Shown piece after piece: positions 40,018-54,553 of a stretch of DNA of 64,000 nt. The position numbers and the translations under genes were made by a program. Each line of letters opens with the position of its first letter. The first letter of the stretch is position 1. The notes below the pieces were generated by a model. That model did no database searches. It was not told the origin of the DNA and worked only from the letters and a program-made list of their open reading frames with translations. This stretch comes from Octopus vulgaris. Taxonomy: Eukaryota. The stretch lies in the NCBI GenBank assembly GCA_951406725.2, contig OX597817.1, positions 145,390,001-145,454,000 of the forward strand, in the 5' to 3' direction.

Positions 40018-41204
40018 GCACTTGCTCAATTACACACACACGTGTGTGTGTGTATATATATATATGTTTATATATATATATATAACAAAATGTTAGTGCT
40101 AACCAGTATTTAGGCATATTTCAACCGCTAAAAAACAAATACACTGCAGTTACCATGGAGAATGTATCTCTCTTATGGTAAAAAGTTGTGAAAACATCCA
40201 GTTCATTCAGTGTTGCCATCTATTAGAAACATATTTCAACTGACCTAAATTCTGCTTATCATCATCATCATCATCGTCATCATCATCATCATCATCATCA
40301 TTGTTTAACAGCCTGATCTGGCAATGTTTCTACAGCTAGATGCCCTTCCTAATGCCAACCACTCCAAGAGTATAGTGGGTGCTTTTTATGTACCACCAGC
40401 ATGAGGGCCAGTCAGGGGGCACAGGAATCGACCACATTCGGTCAGTGCTTTTTATGTGCCACCAGCAGGGGAGCCAGTCAGGGGGAACTGGCATCAACGA
40501 CATTCGGATGGTGCATTTTACATGCCACCAGCACAGAAACCAGGTGGACAGTAATGGCCACGGCTACAATTTTGATTTCTTTTTTACTTGTCTCAACAGG
40601 TTTTCTCAAGCATATCATATTGCCCGATGCTTGAAGGATATTTTAAATGGACCAGTCATGCAACACTGGCATCAGCCATGGCTGCAGTCTTACTTTACTT
40701 CTCAAGCACAGCATATCTCCAAAGATCTCGGTCATTTGTCATTGCCCCTGTGAGCCCCAACATTTGAAGGTCATGCTTCACCACCTCATTCAATGACTTC
40801 CTGAGTCTACCTTTTCCACAGGTTACTTCCACTGTTAGGGTATGGCACTTTCTCACACAGCTGTCCTCATCCATATGTAACACATGTCCATACCAGCACA
40901 GTTGTCTCTCTTGCACATCACATCTGATGCTTCTTATGTCCAACATTTCTCTCAGGGTGCTTACACTCTGTTGTGTATGCACACTGACATTACACATCCA
41001 GCAGATCATACTAGCTTTATTTCTTTCAAGCCTAAGATTAAGATTAATGTAAAAAATAAATAACACTGAAGCAAAGTAACACCAAATATACAGTGCGTGT
41101 GTTTTTATTGGCTAAACTGGCAAAATGACCATTCCAAAATATAACAATATCTGTTTCAACACACGACTTCACATAAAAAAATCTTGCACAACAAACATAT
41201 AAAC

Positions 41205-41244
<40 letters not shown>

Positions 41245-41730
41245 CACTGTAAAGCTAAACACTTTGTGGATATGAAATCGCAGGGTAACACCATTAAAAA
41301 TAAAAATATAATAAATAAATAACAGAAAAGGTAATGATGAAAGCATATCAGTATTTTATGAAAGTTACCAGTCAACTGTTAAAGTTTCAGTAGAGTGGAG
41401 GTGGAAGGTTACTCTAGGCAAGGCTATAAGGACAATAGATATTGAAAATTGTATTTCCAGCTCAATAGCCATTGAACGATATGTGATAAAGGATTAAGAA
41501 TTAAAACTAAAATTCAAATTTTAAATTTAAAACCTAAACTTAAAATTAGAAACTAAGAAAACTAAAATCTGAAAAAAAAAAAAAAAAACTAAAAATTATT
41601 GAGCTGAAATTTGCTACTTTCTAAGATAGTTATGGTAATAGAGAGGTAGAGAAAAAAAGAAGAGAGTGTACACACATACACACAGAGACATATATTTATG
41701 TATATATTAAGTATATATATATATATATTT

Positions 41731-44265
41731 ATTACGGAGATGTACTCGCATAGCAAGTAATTTGATCTGAGATCGTGTGCTGAAACGAAAACAATTGCAG
41801 CGTGGGAGGTGTTTATAAGCCATTTAAGAAACACACAAAAGCCGTTCGATTCACTCCAACATTTAAGTTTAATTTGTCAAAATATTTTTCGTCGCTAAAA
41901 TCCGCGACCTGTTCACTGACAAAGTCCGTGCTGCATCTAAGAAAGTAACAGTTAGTTCGTCATATATATGTATGTACGTATGTATGTGTGTATGTATGCA
42001 TACATGTGTGTATGTATGTACGTATTCATGTCCGCACATACGCCTGTGTATGCATGTATGTATGTATGTATGTATATATGTATGTGTGTGTATAAGCACG
42101 CACATACACTCTATAAAACATAAAGTTATAAACCTGTAGCGATGGATGGATGTAGAGTGACCACTCATCACAACGCTATCAAATTTCAACTCCCTACGGC
42201 CGAGGCTAGAAAGTGAATTTATGACGCTTGCTCACAAGAACTATACCCTAAAATCTATTATCAGATTTTTATCTCTATATCACAGAACTAATGTTTTACT
42301 ATTGTTCGTATGTATGTATGTATGTGCGTATGTATGTATGTATGTATGTATGTATGTATGTATGTATGTATGTATGTATGTATGTATGTATGTATGTATG
42401 TATGTATGTATGTATGTATGTACATACGTACGCATGTGCGTATGTATGTATACGCGCCCGTATGCATGTGCCCATGTATGTGTGTGTGTACATGTACGTG
42501 CGTATGTACGTGTGTATGCCCATACGTAGGTATGTATGTATGTTTGTATTCATGTGCTACGTATGTATGTGAGTGTCTAGGAGAATGGGCAGATGTGTCC
42601 GTGAGAGTGTGTACATGTGTATGTGTATGTGAACGTATGTCCGTGTACTGGCATGTGTCCGTCCAAGTTGTGTACATGACTGTTACTTAGCTGAAGGTTG
42701 TATACATATTTACATATATGTTTGTATAGACGCACACACATATATATATATGTGTGTGGGTGTGTGTTTGTTCCTCTCATCGTCGTCTAACCGTGAATGG
42801 GTACAACGCCTAGGTGCGACTGTTCGTATCAAACAACGTCTGCTCATACCGTTGTATATAACTGCACATACGCATTGCAACCTGTATGTAAGGACTACAG
42901 GTGAAAGGGAGAGAGAGAGAGGGGTGGTTATAGAATAGTCCTTCTGAATGGGATCTGGATGTTATTCCATTCGGACTTTCGGTTGAGAGTAGGTTTGTAT
43001 TCTTGTATACAAACAGCTTCTGTGACCTGTCTCAACATTGCATCGGTGGGATGTGTAGATAGGATGTTCAACTTAAGCTCCCCTAAGGATCCCTTGTGGC
43101 AGTCTACAGCATGTTGGTAGAAGATGGAGTTTGGCTTCCTTTCAATGTAGTTGTCCAGGTGTTCTTTGAACCTATCATTGATGCTTCTAGAGGTCTCACC
43201 TATGTATGTGCAGTTATATACAACGGTATGAGCAGACGTTGTTTGATACGAACAGTCGCACCTAGGCGTTGTACCCATTCACGGTTAGACGACGATGAGA
43301 GGAACAAACACACACCCACACACATATATATATGTGTGTGCGTCTATACAAACATATATGTAAATATGTATACAACCTTCAGCTAAGTAACAGTCATGTA
43401 CACAACTTGGACGGACACATGCCAGTACACGGACATACGTTCACATACACATACACATGTACACACTCTCACGGACACATCTGCCCATTCTCCTAGACAC
43501 TCACATACATACGTAGCACATGAATACAAACATACATACATACCTACGTATGGGCATACACACGTACATACGCACGTACATGTACACACACACATACATG
43601 GGCACATGCATACGGGCGCGTATACATACATACGCACATGCGTACGTATGTACATACATACATACATACATACATACATACATACATACATACATACATA
43701 CATACATACATACATACATACATACATACGCACATACATACATACATACGAACAATAGTAAAACATTAGTTCTGTGATATAGAGATAAAAATCTGATAAT
43801 AGATTTTAGGGTATAGTTCTTGTGAGCAAGCGTCATAAATTCACTTTCTAGCCTCGGCCGTAGGGAGTTGAAATTTGATAGCGTTGTGATGAGTGGTCAC
43901 TCTACATCCATCCATCGCTACAGGTTTATAACTTTATGTTTTATAGAGTGTATGTGCGTGCTTATACACACACATACATATATACATACATACATACATA
44001 CATGCATACACAGGCGTATGTGCGGACATGAATACGTACATACATACACACATGTATGCATACATACACACATACATACGTACATACATATATATGACGA
44101 ACTAACTGTTACTTTCTTAGATGCAGCACGGACTTTGTCAGTGAACAGGTCGCGGATTTTAGCGACGAAAATATTTTGACAAATTAAACTTAAATGTTGG
44201 AGTGAATCGAACGGCTTTTGTGTGTTTCTTAAATGGCTTATAAACACCTCCCACGCTGCAATTGT
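41731..44265. mobile_element. Young Penelope-like remnant: ~1.07-kb near-identical inverted arms (41791-42871 and 43204-44265) around a GIY-YIG C-terminal fragment
   Basis: Minus-strand ORF 42928-43278 reads YIGETSRSINDRFKEH...H...H...RQVTEAVCI...PTLNRKSE. Hammerhead motifs lie near the outer arm ends, and (TA)n flanks the element. Confidence 0.85.
44134..44183 (+). ncRNA. Minimal hammerhead ribozyme variant with G3-C8 core (inverted copy 41873-41923 -, carrying one extra A)
   Basis: TTTGTCA-GTGAACA-G-GTCGC-GGATTTTA-GCGAC-GAA-AATATT-T-TGACAAA: 7-bp stem I, 5-bp stem II and a palindromic stem III. Confidence 0.7.
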
Positions 44266-44467
<202 letters not shown>

Positions 44468-45003
44468 TTGTGTGTGTGTTTTTGTGTGTGTGTGTGTGTG
44501 TTTGGAGGTGCGATGGCCCAATGGTTAGGGCAGCGGACTCGCGGTTGTAGGATTGCGGTTTCGATTCCCAGACCGGGCATTGTGAGTGTTTATTGAGCAA
44601 AAACATCTAAAGCTCCACGAGGCTCTGGCAATCCCTGCTGTACTCTTTCACCACAACTTTCTCTCACTCTTTCTTCTGTTGGCCTGCTCACTTAGCCAGC
44701 GGGGTGGTGTCATTTGAAGGCTTAAACAATGCAAAATGTATTGTGACCAGCGATGTTTAGCAACATTTGATAGCCTGGTCGGTCACGGTGATATATATAT
44801 ACATATAAAGAGACAGAAATGCATATCTAAATATTTATATTTTTCTAATAGGTGTAGGAGTGGCTGTGTCGTAAGTAGCTTGCTTACCAGCCACATGCTT
44901 CCGGGTTCAGGGCAAGTGTCTTCTACTATAGCCTTGGGCCAACCAAAGCCTTGTGAGTGGATTTGGTAAACGGAAACTGAAAGAAGCCCGTCGTATATAT
45001 GTG

Positions 45004-45070
<67 letters not shown>

Positions 45071-45438
45071 TTGTGTGTCTGTGTTTGTCCACCAACATCG
45101 CTTGACAACCGATGCTGGTGTGTTTAGGTCCCCATAACTTAGCGGTTCAGTAAAAGAGACTAAGTACAAGACTTACAAGAGAATAAGTACAAGGCTTACA
45201 AAGAATAAGCCCTGGGGTCGATTTGCTCGACTAAAAGGCTGTGCTCCAGCATGGCCACAGTCAAATGACTGAAACAAGTAAAAGAGTAATAATAATTCTT
45301 TTTATATAATTATATTTCTTTTCATTCAAGTATATGTTTGTTATACAAGCACACATTTTTGATTTGTTAATTGTTACTTTTGCATGTGGTTAGTTTTCTG
45401 TGTTGATCTTGTTATTACTAGACCAAGTGCAAAATTAT

Positions 45439-45706
45439 TTCTGTGGTGTCTGGGGAGAGTAATTTTCTTTTTGTGCCTTATAATATAACACACTCACCAG
45501 TAAAATTTCCACTTCTTTTTTTTTTTCTTATTTTTATTTTCCTAAAATTTTTGTTGCGTCTTGCAACCTAAACTATTGAAAAAGTTGCAAGATGCAACGA
45601 AAATTTTAGGAAAATATAAATAAGAAAAAAAAGTGGAAATTTTACCGGTGAGTGTGTTATATTATAAGGCACAAAAAGAAAATGACTCTCCCCAGACACA
45701 ACAGAA
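45439..45706. repeat. Fold-back (arms 45439-45568 and 45583-45706), probably a Penelope-type terminus
   Basis: TTCTGTGGTGTCTGGGGAGAGT...GTTGCGTCTTGCAAC is inverted as GTTGCAAGATGCAAC...ACTCTCCCCAGACACAACAGAA. Confidence 0.8.
45573..45609 (+). ncRNA. Minimal hammerhead-like variant with U3-A8 core (degraded relative at ~49791-49826 -)
   Basis: CTA-TTGAAAA-A-GTTGC-AAGAT-GCAAC-GAA-AATT-T-TAG. Confidence 0.55.
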
Positions 45707-46600
45707 TATGCTTCAACACACGAACTCGCATAAAGAATCTTGCAAACCAAATCCAAAAACGAAATATTTCTGTGGTTTTATGCTTCAAATTGTTTTCGCT
45801 TTGTAAATAGCCTTCTTGTGTTTTGAGACACTCCATTGCATTGAATTGATCGATATAGTATTGACATAGCTACATGGTAAGAAGTTTGCTTCCTAACCAC
45901 ATGGTTCTAGGTTCAGTCCCACTGCATGACACCTTAAGCAAGCATCTTCTGCCATACACCCAAGCCAACCAAGGCTTTGTGGGTGGATTTGGTTGAGAGA
46001 AAATGAAGGAAACCCATCATATATATGGGCGGGGAAGCGTTTGTTCCCCCCTCAACTGCTTGATGACCGGTGATGGTGTGTTTATGTCCCTGTAACTTAG
46101 TGGTTCAGCAAAAGCAACTGATAGAATAAGTACCAGGCTTTAAAAAATAATTACTGGGGTTGAATTAATTGACTAAAAGTTCTTCAAAGTGGTGACCCAG
46201 CATGACCACAGTCTAATTTCAGAAACAAGAGAAAAAAACCATAAATTTTGAGATATCTAATTACAACCTGTCTAATTAGTTGATCATTATTCTAATAGGT
46301 CCTAGTTGTTAATTTATCTTTGAGAGTGAGCAATTTTAGGTAGTGTTGAAGGTGAGATATTTTTATAAGTTTATATATTTTTTACTACCCAGAACACTTG
46401 CATTTATCTATGTATTGGGTTTCAATTGTATTAACTAAAAGTTGGAGGGGAACAAAATAAACTACCTACATCAACTTGTAGCTGTTCTGTTGGAAGTTCA
46501 ATATCCCAAATGATAATAATACCATTTTCAGATACACTTTAAGCACAATTCATAGATTTCCCTCTATGATGAAGAGCCTGAGCCCCAAAATATAAACTCT

Positions 46601-48497
46601 GGTGGAATTCTGCTTTCATCATCATCATCATCATCATCATCATCGTTTAACATCCGTTTTCCATGCTAGCATGGGTTGGACGGTTCAACCGGGGTCTGGG
46701 AAGCCAGGAGGCTGCACCAGGCTCCAATCTGATCTGGCAGTGTTTCTACAGCTGGATGCCCTTCCTAATGCCAACCACTACGTGAGTGTAGTGGGTGCTT
46801 TTTACGTGCTACTGGCATAGGTGCCAGGTGAGGCTGGCTTTAAGCACACAACATATATCTTTATATATATAAAACTGAAAATGTGTGTCTGTCTGTCTGT
46901 GTGTTTCCCTAAAACTTGAGAACTACACAACCAATTTCATTCAAATTTTACACATGCCTTACTTAGGGTCCGGGGAGTGTCATCGGCAAAAAAAATGTTC
47001 AACTTCTTGCCTAGAGCAAGCCCATAGCAATATCATATCTTCTCCACTATTTCAGTATTACGTGTTAAAAGGGAAACAAAAACGTTTCTCTATTTTATGT
47101 CAGATACTTTCACTTTAACAATAAAAATAATAATAACAATTGAATTATATGTAGTAAGTGCGACTATGAAAGGTATCTAATCAGAGGCGGTAAATTTGCC
47201 ACAATAGAAGCAAGGTTCGAGTCAACGGAGCGTGCAAGGGAGTACTCGACTCAAACTTGCAAAGTGGAAATATTTTACTTTTACCTTTATATCTGGGATG
47301 TAGGACGTCCTGGAAAAAAATTTTAAATGCCGCTGCCCCCCCCCCCCCCGAAGTAGAGGTAGGCTGGATTGTAGCCACACTTCTATACAAGAGGGAGGAC
47401 AAGATACAATTGATCGAAATTACAAGAGATGGGCTAACAATTCCAGTCTGTAATATATTTTGAGTATTGTTATCACTAGCGATATCAAGATATAACTTTG
47501 TATTTTGTATTTTATGTGTAGATGTATATATATAGATGTACATGTAATATGTACACATATATATACACATATATACATGCACTAGCACTATGACCCGGCA
47601 ACAACGGGTCTTTAATGCTGGTATATATATATAATAGAAATATGTTACAAAAAGGAAATAGAAACTACATGTGGTAATGTAAGGGGAAAGTAAGAAAAAT
47701 ATTATTTAGCTTGACATGCCTTTTCAGGCACAGCAAACCACCAACAGTCTCAGTCCCCTGTCATCACCTCTGAAAGTCCTAATGTTTGTAGATCTTTTCT
47801 TACCAATTTGTCCTCTCTCCTCTGTATATAGCAAAAATCCAGTCCACACTGTAAAGTGATAGACATTTAGAAGGGCATCTAGCTGTAAAAATCCTTTTCT
47901 ACTGTGTGCATAAAGCAGAATTCCACTAAAGTTTATAAAACATCAATACATCAGATTGACAAATAATACATCAGATTGACAATTTGAGGTGGTCATGAGA
48001 TGTACTAAAAATAATAGCTAAATACCCCTTAAATCACACACAATTTTTTTTTTTGAACGTCTGTGTGTAGAACTCAAATTTACAAACATTTTCTGAAACT
48101 TCTGGAAGATAAAAAAAGTTATTGGGGTCTTTAGATGTTATTTTTAGTACATCACATGACCACCTCAAATTGTCATTGCTTGTTTGTCAATATGATGCAT
48201 TGATGTTTTTCAATATCTGTCTCCCCACAAATACATTAAATGGTCTATTGCTGAGATTTAGGCAAAAAAGAAAATTCAGACTTCCCATATTTTAAACTGT
48301 GACTTTTATTTTTGCAATTTGAAAAATTAGAAACAAAAAAAGTTTTAAAAAATTCGAAAAATTAGAAAATCATTTTTTTTTCTTCATAGTAATATGAATT
48401 CCCATAGAACACAAATTCACAAAAATCTTTTGGAAATTCCAAAAAGAAAAAAAAAGTTGTGAGGAGTTACATTGCATGCTAAAAGCAGAATTCCACC
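46601..48497. mobile_element. Probable MITE with 16-bp TIRs holding a nested RTE tail, a Helitron and an internal ~90-bp inverted repeat (47936-48030 / 48122-48210)
   Basis: GGTGGAATTCTGCTTT ... AAAGCAGAATTCCACC, with flanks TAAACTCT/CAAACTTT. An extra TIR-like copy lies at ~47913. Confidence 0.5.
46858..47621 (+). mobile_element. Non-autonomous Helitron-like element related to 26489-26864
   Basis: A|TC start, shared ATGCACTAGCACTATGACCC, hairpin GACCCG...CGGGTC, and CTGG|T end. Confidence 0.7.
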
Positions 48498-48735
48498 CAA
48501 ACTTTAATGTAAAACAGAAGAAATATCAATAATTTACAAGTAATGCTAATTGCCAATTCCACATGGCTGTTCCATAGGAACCAACATTACTGCCATTTTA
48601 GTTAATTTATCAATAATTTAATCTCAGGAAAAAGCATTTTGAAATTTTCTTTGTGAAATTTATCACAATAATTATAACATTTACATACATTTAAACAGTT
48701 TTAATTATTGAAATATTTTTTTATAAAATACTTAC

Positions 48736-49018
48736 CAATATCGTATTGTGGGATAAGTTTTATGTCTCCACATGGAGCATTAAGTTTGTCAATAATCCAT
48801 TGAATTGCTCCAATGTTTGGAATGGTTGTATTTTGAAACACAGAACACTGATTTGTCGTTAAGTTTTTTGTCATTGCAGACAAAATGACCGCAATTCTTA
48901 GTTCATTAGAAGTGTTTGATACTTCTTTGTCACATCTTAAAACCAAACCTTGACTAAGATATGGTAAAAGAAAACACAGCAAAACAGCTGAAACTATAGT
49001 GTTCCTCATAAGAGCCAT
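48736..49018 (-). CDS. Coding exon 1 of a tandem-Venus-flytrap class C GPCR-like gene (signal peptide plus start of VFT1)
   Basis: ATG at 49018. MALMRNTIVSAVLLCFLLPYLSQG is a hydrophobic signal peptide, followed by LRIAVIL...AIQWIIDKLN...LIPQYDI (resembles the mGluR AMLFAIDEIN...LLPNITLG region). Donor G|GTAAGT at 48735, phase 1. Confidence 0.85.
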
Positions 49019-52000
49019 AATAAAAGAATGAATATATTTTGTCTGTTTTCAATGATATCCAGTGCCAAGGTGGCGAGTTGTCAGAAACATTAGGACACCA
49101 GGAGAAATGCTTAGCAGTATTTCATCTGTCTTTAAATTCTGAGTTCAAATTCTGCTGAAGTCAACTTTGCCTTTCATCCTTTCATGGTTGATAAATTAAG
49201 TACCAGTTGCTTATTGTAATCAATCTAATCGACTGGTCCTCTTCCTAGAAACTTCAGGCCTTGTGTCTACACTAGAAAAGAATAGTATTCAGCGTCCTTC
49301 CATATGTTTATCCTTTAATTCTAACAATCACATCGCCGTCAGTTATTTAAATCACTTTTACTTTACTGTTAAATATATATATGTCTAATCAAATGTAGTT
49401 TGCATCATATATGTATACATGTCTCTGATTGGATATTCACAACTATGATTAGTATTCAGTTATATCCTGTGTCACACATTATACATGTACATATAGCTGT
49501 TTCTCACCTGTCTGTGCATATATGTATAGAAATGCATGTTTTCAAAACTTCATACTGAATGTTATGTCCACTGAACCATGAGCTCTCATTTGTAATGTCC
49601 TTAAGAATAATAGGCATGTATGCATGTGTGTGTGAAGAGGTGGGGGTGTTTATCTTTTACATGTTTCAGTTATTAAACTGACGTCATGTTAGGGTACCAC
49701 CTTGAGGAATTTTTAGTTTAATGAATTGATACCAGTACCTATTTTATTTTTAGCTTGATAAAATTCCCACTCATTTACTTATTTATTTTTCTTAGAATTT
49801 TCTTTGTGTCTAGCAACCTTTTCAATTGGCCATGTAAAAAAGTTGCCTTCAAGGAAGTATCTTTTTACACCAGCCTGTAATGTATAGTTACAATATTTTA
49901 TACATTTGATACAGTCCAATGCATGGAGATGAGATAAATGAATAATAACAAAACACATGACGTGGTTGGTGACGTAAGCAAAATAATGTAACCCAGAAAA
50001 GATAAGTATGTGACACCAGCATATCTTTGAGTACAGCAAGACACCAGATATCCAAGTCCTTTGTCATCTCCTTCATAAAGCTCAGTGTCTTGAGATCGAA
50101 CTTCGGTACTTTGTTCTATGTCTTCCTGGGTCTCTCTTGTCCACAAGTTCTATCCATATATATATGTGTAAATACTAATTGCTGTTAGGAACATTGTGTT
50201 TCATTTTACAACCATAATATCCTAAATTCTGTAGAAGATCTATAGAGATACACTTTAAAAACTATGTAATTATATACTTAGAATAGTAAGTATATTAGAT
50301 GGCCCGAACACATAAGCAATAGGGAGCTATGGCAAAGAACAAATGAAGTTTCAATTAGGGAGCAAATATTTAAGAAAAAGTGGAAGTGGATTGGTAGCAC
50401 AATTAGAAAAGACACACCAAATGTAGCGAAAAGTGCTTTAAAGTGGAAACCGGATGGATATAGAAGGAGAGGTAGGCCTAAGAACTTGTGGCAGAGATCA
50501 ACACAAAAGGAACTAGAGATATGTACTGTGTACATATCGTTGAGGTCGACGGTGGTGATGGCGACAGTAGAGAACGGCGACAGTGGTGGAGACGTCCTGC
50601 GTTGCTGGTGTATGTTGGTGTCGTCGCTGGCTGTAGCAGGAACATGGCTGGTGTGGTCGTCGCTGGAACTGACTGCTCTGTGGGGGTGTGGTCAATGGCC
50701 GAAGACCAAAGACCAGGAATGGCAAATTCTGAGGCCTTTTAAAGCATTCTAAAGGCTCCCGAAGAACATCCAAAAGACTGGGTCATGTGACCTTATCCTA
50801 AGGCCGTGATTAGTTGGCTTTGGACAGTGGCGCGAAATAAAGTAGAGACAAGCCGCGCCACATGTCAACCAATCAGATCAGTGGACACAACAGGAACAAC
50901 CCAGCCAAAGATGGTTGTAATCTCAAACGAGATCATTCCTGCTGTGTCTCTCAAACAGTGAGGATATCAGCTACTGCTACAGAATACATTCATAAACACC
51001 AACTCAAGGAATACTGGTGGAATACTCCCATCAAAACTTCTGTCAAATGTAAACATAACAGGCCTGATATTGTTGTTTGGGACAGAGGGGCAAAGGTTTG
51101 TATCGTCATAGAGGTTAGCTGCCCTGAAAATATAAATATCTCTTTGAAAATCAAAAGAAAAGAGGATATCTATGGACAACTGCTTTGAAACCTCCAGCTT
51201 CTATATCCAGACTATGAATTCATATTCATACCAATAATAATTGGAGCACTAGGGTTTGTTAGTAAATGCTAAAAAGAGAATCAAGATGAACTGGGATTTT
51301 CTGAAAGAGAAATTGACCAGCTGATCTGTACATTATGAGTCCAATCTCTGAGTGGAACAGTAAAAATATGCAAGACTTTTCTCAAGTTCCAAATGTGAAT
51401 TTGTCTGTGTTAACTACATCCCAAAGATGAAGCTTTATATCTTTTTTGGAAACTGGCTCCCTTCTCAGTAGAAGATTTATAATAATTAAAAAATAGAAGA
51501 GACATACATACATATATACATACATACATACAAACAAAAATACCCTGTTGTTGATGCTCAAATCCCAATGAAGGAGCTTTGAATCTAGATTAGAAACCAG
51601 CTCTTTTTCTATTGGCAAGAAATCTTGAAATAAAACTGAGCAATGGTATACATACACACATAGCAGCATCTCCTTCAATGACTTGACTGTTTCCCCTATA
51701 TCTGATGAAGAACGCTACAGGGATCTAGGGGTGGATGAAAACATATCTTACTATAACACTTCTAACAAAATACTTGTCACTAAAAACTATTACAGCCAAA
51801 TAAAGAAAATTTGGACCTCAGAACTCTCTTCATTCAATAAAAAGGTGGTCCACAGTGTGTTTGTGTGCCATTACTCATACTAACATTTGGGCTGCTTGAT
51901 TGGACACTTGATGAGATCCAAGCCATTGATGGGAAAACCTGGAAGATACTAACTTCTTTATCACTTTCTTGTTCTCTTGTCATCCTCTCATATCCCCTTA

Positions 52001-52840
52001 TTTTTGCAGCCTTGTTTTCTGTATCCTTTTCACTGTCTTGTAATATTTTGTTACTATTATATGATTATTTTTTGAATTTTCATTCTTTACATTTCTTTTT
52101 CACAGTATTCTTTTTATTTCTTTTTCCCCTCTACATTTCTCTTTTGTTCATTGTTGTTTATAGGAAAGAGAGCTTCGTAGCAGCTGTTGTCAATCTGACA
52201 ACTAAATAATTCAGATGTGTTCCTTTCAGCAATCATTTGACCACATTTGTTAAACAGAGGAAGAATAAGTTTGTCATTTTTATAAGAACCTGACTTTTTA
52301 CATTGAACAATTCAAAAATGGCAACTAATTGAATATTGCCACCGTTTGTTCCATTCCAACACATATATGCTTGATATACTTGCATCATACTGTTGGGAAT
52401 AACAAGATAAAAAACACTTCAGTAACTGCATACATTCTTTGCAGTTCTTCTTGAAGTGTTCAGTAACATGTGCAGTTAATAAACAAGACTAATACAGTTC
52501 TAAACAGATAATTATCACCACCCATGACTTTTTTTTAAAGTGACAGGTTAATTAGACTTTATTTAATATTTTTCAATGAATTTAAAAAGGAAATTACCTT
52601 CATTTCAAACTTTAGATAGCCTTTTCACAAAGCAAATTGTGATTGATAATATCAACACCAATGACTGATAAGAGTGAAAATAATACTAATTTCCTCTTTA
52701 GGGACCTATTCATTCTAGTTTCATGATAGAAGACCAGTTACATACAATTTTATAAATTGTAAAGAAGTGAATATTTATCAATGAATTTTGTAAGACATGT
52801 TGACTTTAGGCATCTTCTTCAAGGAGAGTAAATGGATTAA

Positions 52841-53193
52841 CCCCTTACCCGGCAGAAACGAATATATGCGTTTTGACCGAAATCGTTTTTTTCCATCTCT
52901 GGCGAGTTAACTCGTCAAAAGATAGACTATGGACACATAAGAGGTGCAGCAATATCAAAGGAAGGCTAACTGTCGCCAAAATCGACAGCAAACGAGTTCC
53001 TTCGTCTAAAAATGGGTTAACTCGTTTCTGCCCAATGCCGTAATTTAAAATCAATATTATTGAATTAAAATTCATAATAAATAAGGTTTGAAATATACCT
53101 CGAAATCACCATTCAAAACATAGTAAAATAAAACAATTAAAAAATATGTCTGAAAAAATACATTTATTTTCAAAATAATTGTTGGGGAAGGGG
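52841..53193. mobile_element. piggyBac-like MITE
   Basis: TTAA|CCCCTTACCC ... GGGGAAGGGG|TTAA. Confidence 0.65.
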
Positions 53194-54280
53194 TTAATAA
53201 TGTCAACAAGCAAAAGTGATATGATTCTAAACCAGTGGTTCTCAAACTTTTTTATATCCAGGCCAAATCCAAAACCTGGATTTTTTTAGGGAGCCACACT
53301 GAAGAAAGGAAAACACAAGTAAATTAAAGAAAAATTTACCATGTTTATAGAGGGAAGACTTTCTAAACCATGCCATCCTGCTGGAAGGATGGCATGGTTT
53401 AGAAAGTTATTGCTACTCACAACTGGGAAAGAGAATACTTCTGTTGTGACCAGATAGTTTCAGCTAAAATGTTGTTAGTCAAATGCCTGTGTGTATTACT
53501 CTTTTTACTCATTTACTTGTTTCAGTCATTTGACAGTGGCCATGCTGGAGCACCGCTTTTAGTCGAGCAAATCGACCCCAGGACTTATTATTTGTAAGCC
53601 TAGTACTTATTCTATCAGTCTCTTTTGCCGAACCACTAAGTTACGGGGATGTAAACACACCAGCATTGGTTGTCAAGCAATGTTGGGGGGGGGGGCAAAC
53701 ACAGACACACAAACACACACACACACATATATATATATATACATATGTATGACGGGCTTCTTTCAGTTTCCGTTTACCAAATCCACTCACAAGGCTTTGG
53801 TTGGCCCGAGGCTACAGTAGAAGACACTTGCCCAAGGTGCCATGCAGTGGGACTGAACTCAGAAGCATGTAGTTCGTAAGCAAGCTACTTATCACACAGC
53901 CACTCCTGCGCCTATATGTGTGAAAGAGAGAGGGTGAGTGGGAAGACAGGAGTGAAAGTGTGAAAGACTGTCTTGACTTTTGCATAGACAACTTCTGGCT
54001 CTTGGACACACCACATTATGTCCTACAGATAGCCTTCTACATTCACAGAGCAGTTTTTCTCTCCTCTCAATTGACAAATTGATGACACCCATGTGTGTGT
54101 GTATGTGTGCATATGTGTGTAAGAGATTCAGATAGAGAGAGTACAAAAGAGAGAGTAGAAATGCTGGGGAGATATTCAGTGAGGATAAATTATGTGTGCA
54201 TGTCTAGATGCGTGTGTTTGCCCATTCGCCAACTCTTCAAACATAGACTATTGATCCATAAGATTAAACAATCCTGAAAG

Positions 54281-54553
54281 TGTGGGATGATGTCAGCAGC
54301 TGGGGAGCTGACCGGAACTTGGGACTGACCGGAAGAGGAAGGGGCAGGAGTGATGCACACGCAGGCAGGGGAGGATTGGGCCTTTTCGATCGGGGTGGCC
54401 GACAGAGCTGGACGTGTGAGCACTTAGTCAAAGTAGGGGAAAAGCAGCTGCTATTTCTAGCGTTTGGTTGGGCCATGTGAAAGGGCGCGTCACTGCTGGA
54501 GAAGTCTACGTCGACGAAGAGAAGGTAGGTGTCTCTATTTCAAATCTCCCACA
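54281..54553. mobile_element. Possible solo LTR
   Basis: GC-rich block bounded by TGTGGGA...TCCCACA; no clear target duplication. Confidence 0.35.

Noticed and set aside
44503-44580. tRNA gene-like sequences (also ~24632, ~25062, ~6130)
   Set aside because: They continue into a shared SINE body, lack a clean acceptor stem, and one has a target duplication.
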